Source of the DNA: Longimicrobiales bacterium | Lineage (GTDB): Bacteria; Gemmatimonadota; Gemmatimonadetes; Longimicrobiales; Gaopeijiaceae | Direction of reading: 5' to 3' | Assembly (NCBI GenBank): GCA_965116905.1 | Contig: OZ220732.1 | Coordinates: forward strand, 1,280,001 to 1,344,000 | Length of the DNA stretch: 64,000 bases | In this document: piece after piece, positions 1 through 11,837 of the stretch | Numbering within the stretch: the first letter of the stretch is position 1 | Layout: every line of letters starts with the position of its first letter | Notes under the pieces: model-generated | The model's database searches: none | Told to the model about the DNA's origin: nothing | What the model saw: only the letters and a program-made list of their open reading frames with translations | Position numbers and translations under genes: made by a program

Positions 1-725
1 TCGGTGGCGTGCACGTAGAGATGGCATGCACCCGGGTGCGCGATGTCCATGGCCAGAACGGCCTCGAGGATCCCGTGGATCTTCGTGACCGCCGGCTTGT
101 CGATGTCCCAGCGCCCGCGCCGCGGCTCCAGCAGCATGAGGGACTCGCCGTAGAGCGTGCCCACGTCGAGGTCGTGCGGAAACCGCTGGTACACGTCGGC
201 CATGGCGCGCGCGTACGTCGAATCCAGCATCTTCCGCGCGTCGCCGTCGTGCTCCTGCGTGTACCGGACCGCCATCGCATCGATCAGCGCCTTCTCGACG
301 TCGTTGGCGTTGCCGTCGGCCAGGGCCTTCGCCTTCCGGATGTTCTCATATGCGCGCGGTGCGTCGTCGGGGCCCATCGGTCCGTTTAGGTAGGGTCCCC
401 AGGCCCATGCCTCGCCCCAAAAGCACATGGCGCACTCGGGATCTTCCCGCTGCGCCTGGCGGAAGGACCGGGCAGCCCGCAGCGGCGTAAAGGCGTACAT
501 CATCTGCACGCCCTGGTCGAAGAACTTCTGCGCGCGTGCCGAACTGGTCGTGATCGGGCGGGTCAGGGGACCGAGTGCGTCGGCGTAGTACGTGGCCTCT
601 TCGTCGAAGCCTGCCGGGTACTCAACCTCCTGTGCCTCGCCATGCGTCTGCGCAATGGCGAAAAGGGACGCGATGACCGCGGTTGTGACGATGGCGCGAC
701 GGCGCCGGGTACATTCAGGATCCAT
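1..725 (-). CDS. TPR-like secreted hypothetical protein, 5' part; runs off the left edge and is absent from the ORF track
   Basis: Manual translation from ATG at 725 is open to base 1: MDPECTRRRRAIVTTAVIASLFAIAQ...AQKFFDQGVQMMYAF...DPECAMCFWGEAWAWGPYLN...HPGACHLYVHA; signal-peptide-like N-terminus. Confidence 0.8.
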   Translation of the reverse strand, partial: MDPECTRRRRAIVTTAVIASLFAIAQTHGEAQEVEYPAGFDEEATYYADALGPLTRPITTSSARAQKFFDQGVQMMYAFTPLRAARSFRQAQREDPECAMCFWGEAWAWGPYLNGPMGPDDAPRAYENIRKAKALADGNANDVEKALIDAMAVRYTQEHDGDARKMLDSTYARAMADVYQRFPHDLDVGTLYGESLMLLEPRRGRWDIDKPAVTKIHGILEAVLAMDIAHPGACHLYVHAT

Positions 726-890
726 CGGGGGGCTATCCGTGTGTCTGGGTGAGCATTCGGGACACGGCCAATCTGAGCGACCGGGCCGATGCCTGCCAGT
801 CCCCGGCACCTCGCCGTCCTCGCGATTAGAATGTTACGATCCAGATCAGCGTATACGCTTGTGTGCACCTGAATCCAACATGGAGGAAGC

Positions 891-1457
891 TTGCTCCCTG
901 ACCTGGAGCGGGAACTATTGCGAAAGTGCCAGGCGGGCAACGCTCGCTTCTTCGAACCGATCGTGAGGGCGTACGAACGCCCCGGACTGCGGGTGGCTCT
1001 GGGAATGATGGGGAACCCGGACGATGCGCGGGACGCGCTGCAGGACGCGTTCGTGAAGGCGTGGAAATCACTTCCCCGCTTCGACCTGAAGAGGCCGTTC
1101 GCGCCGTGGTTCTTTCAGATTCTGAGGAATCAATGCAGGGACGCGCTCCGGAGCCGCAAGGTCCGATTCCAGCTGGAAGCGCTCGACGAGAGGCTGGAGA
1201 TGAAGCCGGCCGACCCCGAGTCGGGCCCCGAACGCATGCGCCAGAAGAAGGCTGCCAAGGAGCTGCTCTGGTCGGGGCTCGAGAAGGTCAGTGAAGATCA
1301 CCGCGAGATACTCGTATTGAAGGAAATCGAGGGGTTTCGCTACGGCGAGATCGCCGGGATATTGAACATTCCGGAAGGAACGGTCGCCAGCCGGCTTTTT
1401 CACGCGCGGCGGGCGCTGGCCGAGGTACTGCGGGAGTCACAGGCGGACTACCCGTGA
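891..1457 (+). CDS. ECF-family RNA polymerase sigma factor
   Basis: Region 2 (DARDALQDAFVKAW, FAPWFFQI) and region 4 (YGEIAGILNIPEGTVASRLFHAR); GGAGG RBS before TTG. Confidence 0.92.
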   Translation: MLPDLERELLRKCQAGNARFFEPIVRAYERPGLRVALGMMGNPDDARDALQDAFVKAWKSLPRFDLKRPFAPWFFQILRNQCRDALRSRKVRFQLEALDERLEMKPADPESGPERMRQKKAAKELLWSGLEKVSEDHREILVLKEIEGFRYGEIAGILNIPEGTVASRLFHARRALAEVLRESQADYP

Positions 1458-1510
1458 ACGATTCCCATGGAGCACCGGGGGAAGAGGCCCCTCCGGAGGC
1501 GGATGAGCCC

Positions 1511-1945
1511 ATGAACGCAAACCTGTCGAACGAAGTGAGCCATGAGGAACTCATGCGTTTCCTCGACGGCGAGGTCACGCCCGAGGAGCGGGCGCGTATC
1601 GAGGGACGCCTGGCGGGGTCGAGCGAGTTGCGACGCGAGTTCGCGATCTTCCGCTCCATGAAACAGGACCTGCAGGACCTGTCGTTCGCCGCCACCGTCG
1701 ACGACTCGGTGTGGGATCGGATCAGGAACAGGATCACGCAGCCGGTGGGCTGGGTGCTCGCGGTGGCCGGATTCGTGGCCTGGCTCGGCTACGGCGTCTG
1801 GACCTTCGTCACGTCGCCGTCGGCGATCGTCGTCAAGCTCGCGACCGGCGCGATCGTCATCGGGATCCTGGTACTCCTCGCCAACGTGATCTGGGACCGT
1901 TACACGGAGTTCGGAACGGACCCGTACCGTCACGTACAACGATGA
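1511..1945 (+). CDS. membrane anti-sigma factor (zf-HC2-like N-terminus, two TM helices)
   Basis: EELMRFLDGEVTPEERARIEGRL followed by two hydrophobic helices, directly after the ECF sigma; start could be 1454. Confidence 0.75.
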   Translation: MNANLSNEVSHEELMRFLDGEVTPEERARIEGRLAGSSELRREFAIFRSMKQDLQDLSFAATVDDSVWDRIRNRITQPVGWVLAVAGFVAWLGYGVWTFVTSPSAIVVKLATGAIVIGILVLLANVIWDRYTEFGTDPYRHVQR

Positions 1946-2271
1946 TACTGGCAACGACGGAGGCGGTCGCCGGGCACCGTGCGGTGCGCACGCTGGGAAT
2001 GGTGAGGGGCAGTTCCGTGCGCGTGCGCCACATCGGACGTGACCTCATCGCCAGCCTGCGAAATCTGGCGGGTGGGGAAGTGTACGAATACACGAAGCTG
2101 CTGGCCGAAGTGCGCGAGCAGGCGGTGGACCGGATGGTCGCGGAAGCCGAAGCGCTCGGTGCGAACGCGATCCTGGCCATCCGCTTTCAGTCTGCCGAAG
2201 TGAGCAGGGGCGCCGCGGAGATGATGTGCTACGGTACCGCGGTGGAGTTGCGCCGGTCCGACCGAAGCTGA
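1942..2271 (+). CDS. YbjQ/UPF0145 family protein
   Basis: MILATTEAVAG...LRNLAGGEVYEYTKLL...LGANAILAIRF...YGTAV; ATGA overlap with the anti-sigma stop. Confidence 0.88.
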   Translation: MILATTEAVAGHRAVRTLGMVRGSSVRVRHIGRDLIASLRNLAGGEVYEYTKLLAEVREQAVDRMVAEAEALGANAILAIRFQSAEVSRGAAEMMCYGTAVELRRSDRS

Positions 2272-2960
2272 CCAGGCGCGGTCCGCGCCAGGGTTCCGGC
2301 CGCGCGCTGCCTCTTGTAGTGGGTCATCTGAATGTCGTGCACCCGGCCTATGATCACGAGCAGAAGGAGGCTCGCCGGCACCAGGACGCCCAGCGATACC
2401 GCCTCGCCCAGGTGTTCGGCTGCACGCTTGTCGATCCCAACCACACCCTTCCGGGCCGCCCAGGTCACCCAACCCGCCGTCGACGGCCCCACAATCGCCA
2501 GGAGCCACCAACAGGGAAGCAGCGCCGATACCCGCTGTCGCTGCCAATTGAGGGGGCCAACGCTGGCCTTCCAGATCTCTCGCATCGCCTGGTAGGGCTT
2601 CCAGAGGTTGGCAATGGGGACGAAGTACCAGCCGACTGCGCCCCGCGGGGTGAAGGCCATCTCCATGGCGCCGAGCGCCCGGGCATTGCTGTTGGCCCGA
2701 TGGATCCACCTGGACACGACAATGGCGGTAGTCAGGGCGGCCATTCCCAGAAGCACGCGGAAGCCCCAGAGTTCCGGTGACGCCAGCGACTCCCCGGCTT
2801 CGGCAAGCGATCGATAGGCGCGGGCGTGGTGCTGGATCCCGAGGAGTGCCGCAAGCAGGCTGAAGCCCAGGAACCCCCTGGCCTGGTTCGTCAGACCGGT
2901 GGGGTTTCGGAAGCCTGCAGACCGCCCCGGCCCCATACCATCGTCCTGTACATCAGGCAT
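2229..2960 (-). CDS. DUF4328-like membrane protein
   Basis: WIHRANSNARALG...AVGWYFVPIANLWKPYQAMREIW motif with several TM segments. Confidence 0.75.
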   Translation of the reverse strand: MPDVQDDGMGPGRSAGFRNPTGLTNQARGFLGFSLLAALLGIQHHARAYRSLAEAGESLASPELWGFRVLLGMAALTTAIVVSRWIHRANSNARALGAMEMAFTPRGAVGWYFVPIANLWKPYQAMREIWKASVGPLNWQRQRVSALLPCWWLLAIVGPSTAGWVTWAARKGVVGIDKRAAEHLGEAVSLGVLVPASLLLLVIIGRVHDIQMTHYKRQRAAGTLARTAPGQLRSDRRNSTAVP

Positions 2961-3840
2961 GGTCTGTACCCTGGCTCTTGAAGGAGTCGAACCCCACGCA
3001 CGCGACCCCGAACCCGCCCAGCCTCTTCGCCATCACCCGTGCCGCTTCAGGGTTGGAATCGACCAGAATGTAGTTCCTGCCCCTGCGCGCCGCAGCCTCG
3101 CCCGTGGTCCCGCTTCCCGCGAAGAAGTCCAGCACCGTGTCTCCCGGGTTCGAGTGCACCTTCACGATGCGTTCCAGGACCCCCAGCGGCTTCTGCGTGG
3201 GATACCCGGTCTTCTCGCCGCCGGTCGGACTGACGATCGTGTGCCACCAGACGTCCGTGGGCGTCTTGCCGCGCGCGGCCTTCTCCCTGCCGACCAGCCC
3301 CGGCGCCATGTACGGGATCCGGTCCATCTCGTCGTAGTTGAAGGTGTACTCGCCCGGATCCTTCGCGTACCAGAAGATCGTGTCGTGCTTGGCCGGCCAC
3401 CTCCGCTTAGACCGCGCCCCGTAGTCGTACGCCCAGATGATCTCGTTCACGAACGACGCGCGCCCGAAGATCTCGTCGAGCAGGATCTTGCAGTAGTGCG
3501 CTTCGCGGTAGTCTATGTGGAAGAAGAGCGACCCCGTGGGCGCGAGCACCCTGTGCGCCTCCTGAAGCCGCGGTTCGAGAAAGGCGAGGTAGTCAGCGTG
3601 GCGGTCCTCGTAGCTGCTCCGCCCCAGGATCGTGGTGCGGTAGCGGGCGCCCTGGAAGCCGGTGCGGTCGCCATTGTCGTCGCGCTCGACCCGGATGCGC
3701 GTTCGCGCCTGCGCCCGCCCGGTGTTGAAGGGCGGATCGACGTAGATGAGCTGCACGCTCCCCCCCTCCATCGCCCGCAGCGCGGAGAGGTTGTCGGCCA
3801 GGATGATCCGGCCCGCCGGGCCACCCTGGCCGCCCTTCAT
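2953..3840 (-). CDS. orphan site-specific DNA methyltransferase (N6-A/N4-C, beta class)
   Basis: Catalytic DPPF motif N-terminal to the SAM-binding DFFAGSGTT; YPTQKP; no restriction enzyme adjacent. Confidence 0.9.
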   Translation of the reverse strand: MKGGQGGPAGRIILADNLSALRAMEGGSVQLIYVDPPFNTGRAQARTRIRVERDDNGDRTGFQGARYRTTILGRSSYEDRHADYLAFLEPRLQEAHRVLAPTGSLFFHIDYREAHYCKILLDEIFGRASFVNEIIWAYDYGARSKRRWPAKHDTIFWYAKDPGEYTFNYDEMDRIPYMAPGLVGREKAARGKTPTDVWWHTIVSPTGGEKTGYPTQKPLGVLERIVKVHSNPGDTVLDFFAGSGTTGEAAARRGRNYILVDSNPEAARVMAKRLGGFGVACVGFDSFKSQGTDHA

Positions 3841-3859
3841 CAGCTGTCCCCGTCGGACA

Positions 3860-5485
3860 TCAGCTGTCCCCGTCGGAGACCGCCCGTTCCTCCTTGGCCT
3901 TGCGAACCATCTCGCGCACGTCCGCCAGCAGCTGCCGTGCGTCGTAGATGATCCCGTCCTTGATCGTGTACCTGATGCTGCCGACGCGCTCCACCTCGCC
4001 GGTGTCGTCGTTGAGCCGCGGGGTGCCGTTGCCATAGAGCACCTTGAGGTTCTGGAGCGGGTTCTCGTCCACGACGACCATGTCGGCCTTGAGGCCCGGG
4101 CGCAGAATGCCGAAATCGATGGTGGAGCCCTTGGGGTCGTGCAATTCCTCGGCCCCGTACAGGGTTGCGGAGCGGATCACCTCGACGGGGTGGAAGCCGG
4201 CCTCGCGCAACAGTTCGAGTTCGCGGATGTAGTCGAAGCCGTAGAGCTTGTAGATGAAGCCGGAGTCGGAACCGGTGGTGACGCGCCCGCCCGCATTCTT
4301 GTAGTCGTTGAGGAAGTGCATCCACTTGTTGAAGAAGCGCTTCCAGTGGTACTCGTCCTCGCTGGTCCAGTAGAACCAGTAGGACCCGTGGGCGATGCGC
4401 GACGGCTGGTAGAAATCCCACTGGCTGGGCAGCGTGTACTCGTCGTGGAAGTCGGCTTCGCGGGAGCGCATCACGTCGCGGCTGGCCTCGTAGATCGTCA
4501 TCGTGGGGTCGAGTCCGAAGTCGAGCTCCAGGAACCGGTCGATGAGGTCGTTCCACTGGTCGGATCCCGGCTCGGCAGCCTGGTTCCACAGGCGGCCGAC
4601 GTTGCCGAAGCGGTGCTGCTCGTCCTGGTAGTTGTAGTCGAGCGGCCAGTCCTGGACGCTGAAGTCGGTCAGCATCGACTCCATGAGGCCGTAGTAGTGG
4701 GTCATCATGTCGAGGCCGACCTCGGCGGCGTCGAGCGCGGTCATGCGCACCACGCCCATCTGGCCGAGGTGGGCGACGGTGCCGAGCCCGAACTTCTTCG
4801 CTTCGTCGATCACCGCGGCCATGATGTCGGGGTCCATCGCACCCAGCTTGAGGCCGTCGATCTTCGCGCCTTCCACGTCGACTTCGACCGCCCAGCGCAC
4901 CCACTCCCGCGCCTTCTCGGGCGAGTCGACCGGGCCGCGGTCCCAGGCCTCGCCGGGGCGCGCGTAGGTGAACATGCGGGGGGCGACGATCTCGTTGCGC
5001 TCGGCCAGCGCCTTCTCCTGCAGCGCCCACATCATCGGGCCGTGGCCGACGCCGCGCGAGGTGGTGATGCCGTGGCCCATCCAGAGCTTGTAGGTGTACT
5101 CGGGCTGGGGTGCCTTGCCGCCGCCGCCGGTGTGCGCGTGCATGTCCACAAAGCCGGGCATGATGAACATGCCGGTCATGTCGATCTCCCTGGTGGCGCC
5201 GGAGGGGCGGCGCTCCTCGTTGATCGGGACGCCGGGATATCCAACCGTCTGGATTTCGGATATCCTGTCGCCTTCAATCACGATATCCACGGGACCCATG
5301 GGCGGGGCACCCGTGCCGTCGATGATCGTGGCACCGCGAAGGATCAGCCGCTCGTGGGGACCGTCCCCCTCGGCGGCACCGCGGGGCGTGGTGGGGTCCA
5401 TCTGCGCGGAGAGCAGGGTGGGGATGGCCACCGCCGCGGCGAGCGCGAGGGCGGCAGAACGAATGTGGCCACGTGAGAACTGCAT
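3860..5485 (-). CDS. secreted amidohydrolase family protein
   Basis: IIDGTG, MPGFVDMHAH, TTGSDSG, PGLKADMVVV motifs; signal peptide; AGGAGG RBS before ATG 5485. Confidence 0.88.
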   Translation of the reverse strand: MQFSRGHIRSAALALAAAVAIPTLLSAQMDPTTPRGAAEGDGPHERLILRGATIIDGTGAPPMGPVDIVIEGDRISEIQTVGYPGVPINEERRPSGATREIDMTGMFIMPGFVDMHAHTGGGGKAPQPEYTYKLWMGHGITTSRGVGHGPMMWALQEKALAERNEIVAPRMFTYARPGEAWDRGPVDSPEKAREWVRWAVEVDVEGAKIDGLKLGAMDPDIMAAVIDEAKKFGLGTVAHLGQMGVVRMTALDAAEVGLDMMTHYYGLMESMLTDFSVQDWPLDYNYQDEQHRFGNVGRLWNQAAEPGSDQWNDLIDRFLELDFGLDPTMTIYEASRDVMRSREADFHDEYTLPSQWDFYQPSRIAHGSYWFYWTSEDEYHWKRFFNKWMHFLNDYKNAGGRVTTGSDSGFIYKLYGFDYIRELELLREAGFHPVEVIRSATLYGAEELHDPKGSTIDFGILRPGLKADMVVVDENPLQNLKVLYGNGTPRLNDDTGEVERVGSIRYTIKDGIIYDARQLLADVREMVRKAKEERAVSDGDS

Positions 5486-5537
5486 CCGGGAACCTCCTGT
5501 GGGTGAACAGTGACGATCTGCAATGTACAGTGTATGA

Positions 5538-7712
<2,175 letters not shown>

Positions 7713-7718
7713 CAGCGC

Positions 7719-9518
7719 GTGGGCCAAACGCGCGGCGAGCAGGCCGGCGGGAAGGCGCCGGGCAACGGCGAACTTGGGCGCCGCGTCGCTGAGCTCGCGG
7801 ACCTCATTGCCCTGGACGGCGGTGATTCGCACCGGGTCAACCATTATCGGCGGGCGGCCACCGTAATCCGCCGCTTTCATCACTCACTGGCGGAGATCAT
7901 CCTGTCCGGCACGGACCTGACCCGGGTGCCCGGGATCGGAAAGGGGCTGGCGGGGTTCCTGGGTGAACTGGTCCGGACCGGTTCGGCGAGGCGTCTGGAG
8001 GACTACAGGGCCCGAATCCCGCGGGGCATTCTCGACCTGATGCGTGTCGACGGCGTCGGCGCAACGCGGGCCCGGACGCTCCGGGACGCGGGCGTGGATT
8101 CGGTCGAGAAGCTGGAAGCCGCGCTCGACGGCCGGTGGATCCATCGGCTGGACGGCTTCGGGCCCTCCGTGGCGAGCCACATCCGCCGCAGCCTCGAGGC
8201 GCGACGTGCGCAGCGTGGCAAGGCACTTCTGTCGCAGGCGGACAGGGCCGTGAGGCGGCTCATCGGAGTCCTGCGGGCAAACGGCGTCGAGTGCAGCATG
8301 GCCGGCGACATCCTGCGGCGCACGGAAATCGTGGCGACAGCCGATATCGTGTGCGCGGCGTCCTCGGAGGTCCTCCGGGACCTGGCGTGCGAATGTCCGG
8401 AGGCGCGGGTGGATGGGACCAGGGGCGACAATCCGGTCCTGGTCACCGTGGACGACGTGCGAATCAGGCTGGTCGCCGCTCCGCGCGAACTGATGGAGCC
8501 GATCGCCCACCACCTCACCGGTCTGCCGGCCTATCTCGACGCACTGGCCGCCCGGGCACGCCGCTACGACCTCGAGATCACACCCACGGGGATCGTCGGG
8601 GTCGGCGGCATGGGCGGCATGGGCGGGACGGGCGATACCGGCGATACCGGCGATACCGAGACCGACGCGAGCCCCGCCTCCGACGAGGCCGCAATCTACC
8701 GACGGCTTCGCCTCCCGTGGATCCCTCCGGAGCTGCGGGAGGATGGCACCACTCTGGAGCAGGCGGAGCGCGGCCTCCCGTCCCTTGTCACGCTGGACGA
8801 CATCCGCGGTGATCTGCACCTGCACACCACCTGGAGCGACGGCGCCGCGACCCTGCGAACCATGGTCGAGGCCGCCGCGGCGCGAGGATACGACTACATC
8901 GCGGTGACCGACCATTCCCCGTCGACCGGCGTCGTGCCCGGCCTGGACGCGGCCGCGCTCGGGGCCCAGGCCGAGGAGATCGCGCGCGTTCAGAGCGACT
9001 TTCCCGGCATCGCCATCCTGCGGGGCTGCGAAGTGGACATCCTTCCCGACGGCACCCTCGACCTGGACGACGAGACGCTCGCGACCCTGGACATCGTGCT
9101 CGCTTCCGTCCATTCCGCCTTTGCCATGTCCCGGAGCCGAATGACGGACCGTATCGTCCGGGCGATGGAAAACCCGCTGGTCGACATCGTCGGTCACCCC
9201 ACCGGCAGGAAGCTGGGACGTCGCGATCCGTACCCTGTCGAACTGAAGGCGCTGCTCGAGGCCGCCCGCGACCTCGATGTCGCCGTCGAGGTCAACGGCA
9301 GTCCCCGGCGGCTCGACCTCGACCACCGCGGACTTTGGCTGTGCCGCGAGTTGGGCGTTAGAGTCGTTGTAAATTCCGATGCGCACTCGGTGGCGCGGCT
9401 GGACAACATGCGGTACGGAATCGACCAGGCTCGGAGGGGATGGTTGCAACCAGCTCAGATTGCAAACGCTACAGAGCTTCCCGCGTTTAGACAGTGGCTT
9501 GGCCGGAGGCTTGATTGA
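7719..9518 (+). CDS. polX: DNA polymerase X / PHP fusion, polymerase active site degenerate
   Basis: N-terminal HhH (VPGIGKG), WIPPELRE thumb, PHP motifs DLHLHTTWSDG, TDH, GHPTGR, NSDAH. Confidence 0.88.
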   Translation: MGQTRGEQAGGKAPGNGELGRRVAELADLIALDGGDSHRVNHYRRAATVIRRFHHSLAEIILSGTDLTRVPGIGKGLAGFLGELVRTGSARRLEDYRARIPRGILDLMRVDGVGATRARTLRDAGVDSVEKLEAALDGRWIHRLDGFGPSVASHIRRSLEARRAQRGKALLSQADRAVRRLIGVLRANGVECSMAGDILRRTEIVATADIVCAASSEVLRDLACECPEARVDGTRGDNPVLVTVDDVRIRLVAAPRELMEPIAHHLTGLPAYLDALAARARRYDLEITPTGIVGVGGMGGMGGTGDTGDTGDTETDASPASDEAAIYRRLRLPWIPPELREDGTTLEQAERGLPSLVTLDDIRGDLHLHTTWSDGAATLRTMVEAAAARGYDYIAVTDHSPSTGVVPGLDAAALGAQAEEIARVQSDFPGIAILRGCEVDILPDGTLDLDDETLATLDIVLASVHSAFAMSRSRMTDRIVRAMENPLVDIVGHPTGRKLGRRDPYPVELKALLEAARDLDVAVEVNGSPRRLDLDHRGLWLCRELGVRVVVNSDAHSVARLDNMRYGIDQARRGWLQPAQIANATELPAFRQWLGRRLD

Positions 9519-10486
9519 GCGAGCTGATCGCGAATCTCCTGTTCCTCATTGGAGGCTTCGGGGCTCTCTACTTCGGTGCCGAGTGGCTGGTCCGCGGCTC
9601 CGTGCGCATCGCCTCGGAAATGGGCGTCAGCCCGGTCGTGGTCGGTCTTACGCTGGTATCGCTGGGCACGTCCGCGCCCGAACTGGTCGTGTGCATCCAG
9701 GCGGCCATCGACGGCGCGGGGAATCTGGCCGCGGGCAACGTCCTCGGATCGAATCTCGCCAACATCGGCCTCATTCTGGGCGCGACGGCGCTCCTGCAGC
9801 CCGTGGCGGTCGCTGATCGCGTGATCGGCCGCGAAGTGCCGATCATGATCCTGATCACGGTCATGATCTTCCCGTTCGTGATGGACGGGAGCATCAGCCG
9901 GGGCGACGGCGTGCTGCTGCTCGTGCTCCTGATCGTGTACCTGGCCATCACGTTTGCCTGGGCCGAGGAGGACGACGCGGACATTCTGGACGAGGTGGGT
10001 CTCGCACGCGACGGGGATCGTCAGGAGCACGCGACAAGCCGCCTGGGCAACCTGGGTCTGGTGGCGGCCGGAGCCATCGGTCTGGCGCTGGGGGGGCGGG
10101 CGATCATCACTGGCGCGACCTACCTGGTCGACGCGTTCGGCGCCAGCGAGATGGTGATCGGGGCCACCGTGATTGCCATCGGGACTTCGCTGCCGGAACT
10201 GGTGACCTCGCTGGTCGCAGCCGCCCGGAAGCACGCGGATGTCGCGGTGGGCAACATCATCGGGTCGAACATTTTCAACCTGACGGCGGTAATGGGAGGC
10301 TCGGCACTGGTCCAGGGCTTCGAGATCGAGGGCACGGTCCTGACCACGGAACTTCCCGCGGTGCTCCTGTTGTCGCTGCTGGTGTGGCCCGTGGCGGCCA
10401 GCGCCCGCAGGGTGCGGCGCTCGGAGGGGCTGCTGCTGCTCATGGCCTACGGCGGGTGCATGGTCTGGATCGGCCTTGCCCACTGA
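9515..10486 (+). CDS. calcium/sodium antiporter (YrbG/CaCA family)
   Basis: Two alpha-repeats: GTSAPE...GNVLGSN and GTSLPE...GNIIGSN. Confidence 0.92.
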   Translation: MSELIANLLFLIGGFGALYFGAEWLVRGSVRIASEMGVSPVVVGLTLVSLGTSAPELVVCIQAAIDGAGNLAAGNVLGSNLANIGLILGATALLQPVAVADRVIGREVPIMILITVMIFPFVMDGSISRGDGVLLLVLLIVYLAITFAWAEEDDADILDEVGLARDGDRQEHATSRLGNLGLVAAGAIGLALGGRAIITGATYLVDAFGASEMVIGATVIAIGTSLPELVTSLVAAARKHADVAVGNIIGSNIFNLTAVMGGSALVQGFEIEGTVLTTELPAVLLLSLLVWPVAASARRVRRSEGLLLLMAYGGCMVWIGLAH

Positions 10487-11837
10487 GTCGGCAAACCGGG
10501 ATCTGGCGGAGCGCCTGAGCAGGGTCGAGTCCAGGAACGTCACCTTCCTGCGCCACCGGCCGCCCTTCTGGACCGAGGCCGAGGGCGCGACCGTCCGTGA
10601 CGCCGCCGGAAAGACCTGCCTGGACTTCACCGGCGCGTTCGGGGTCGCGCTGGCCGGCCACCGCCATCCGCTGATCGCCGAGCGGATCGCGGCCCAGGCC
10701 CGCCGACTGGTCCACGGCATGGGCGACATCCACCCGCCGGCGGTGAAGGTGGAGTTCCTCGAGGCGCTCGCCGCGCTGATGCCCTGGCCCGACACCCGGA
10801 CCATCCTCGGCCTCAGCGGATCGGATGCCGTCGAGGCCGCGCTCAAGACCGCCCAGCTCGCCACGGGCCGGCACGGGATCATCGCGTTCGAGGGCGGGTA
10901 CCACGGGCTCACGCTCGGAGCCCTGGCGACGACCCACCGGGTGCACTTCCGCCGTCCGTTCACGAATCGCCTGGCGCATCATGTGCATTTCGTGCGATTC
11001 CCGTCGTCGGCGGACTCGGCGGACTCGGCGGAGGGCGTGCTGAGCGAAATCGACGCGCTGCTGTCCGGCGACGCGGCGATCCCGGTTGGGGCCGTGCTCG
11101 TGGAGCCGATTCAGGGCCGGGCGGGCGTGCGCATCCCGCCACCGGGGTTCCTGGCGCGGCTGGCGAAGCGAACGCGTGCCGGAGGCGCCCTGTTCATCGC
11201 CGACGAGATCTTTACGGGGATGGGACGGACGGGCGAGCTCCTGGCGTGCGATCATGACCGGGTCGTGCCCGACCTGGTGTGCCTGGGCAAGGCCCTTGGC
11301 GGGGGCATGCCGCTCTCGGCCTGCTCCGGATCCCGTGAGGTGATGGACGCCTGGCCGCCGTCATCGGGCGAGGCCGTGCACACAAGCACGTTTCTGGGCC
11401 ATCCGCTCGGGTGCGCCGCGGGGCTTGGGTTCGTGGCGGCGCTGGAAGCAGACGACCTGGCCGGGCGCGCGCGCCGACTCGGAGCCCTCGCGCTCGACTA
11501 CCTGACGGCGAAGCTGCGGGGCCGCGAGGAAGTGCGGGAGGTGCGGGGAAGGGGGCTGATGCTCGGCGTGGAGCTGCGCGTGCCGGACCCCGCGTCTGCA
11601 GGTGCCGCGGCGGACGCCGATGCCGCCGCTGACGCCGACGTGGGCCCGGCCGTGGCCGTCGCCGGGCGCGCGCTCGACCGGGGGCTGATCGTGTTGCCTG
11701 CGGGATCCGGCGGCGAGGTGGTTGAACTGACGCCGCCCGCCACGATCAGCGAGAAGGAACTCGAAGCGGGACTGGAGGTGCTGGTATCCGCGATGGCTAC
11801 GCGGCCTTCGCCCTCCACGCACCGATCCACTCCGTGA
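10476..11837 (+). CDS. class III PLP aminotransferase
   Basis: SGSDAVEAALK, GYHGLT, EPIQG, IADEIFTG, PLP lysine in LGKALGGG. Confidence 0.9.
   Translation: MPTESANRDLAERLSRVESRNVTFLRHRPPFWTEAEGATVRDAAGKTCLDFTGAFGVALAGHRHPLIAERIAAQARRLVHGMGDIHPPAVKVEFLEALAALMPWPDTRTILGLSGSDAVEAALKTAQLATGRHGIIAFEGGYHGLTLGALATTHRVHFRRPFTNRLAHHVHFVRFPSSADSADSAEGVLSEIDALLSGDAAIPVGAVLVEPIQGRAGVRIPPPGFLARLAKRTRAGGALFIADEIFTGMGRTGELLACDHDRVVPDLVCLGKALGGGMPLSACSGSREVMDAWPPSSGEAVHTSTFLGHPLGCAAGLGFVAALEADDLAGRARRLGALALDYLTAKLRGREEVREVRGRGLMLGVELRVPDPASAGAAADADAAADADVGPAVAVAGRALDRGLIVLPAGSGGEVVELTPPATISEKELEAGLEVLVSAMATRPSPSTHRSTP

Noticed and set aside
828..860. Autoregulatory ECF promoter upstream of the sigma gene
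   Set aside because: Only a loose GAAT...CGTAT resemblance; too weak to call
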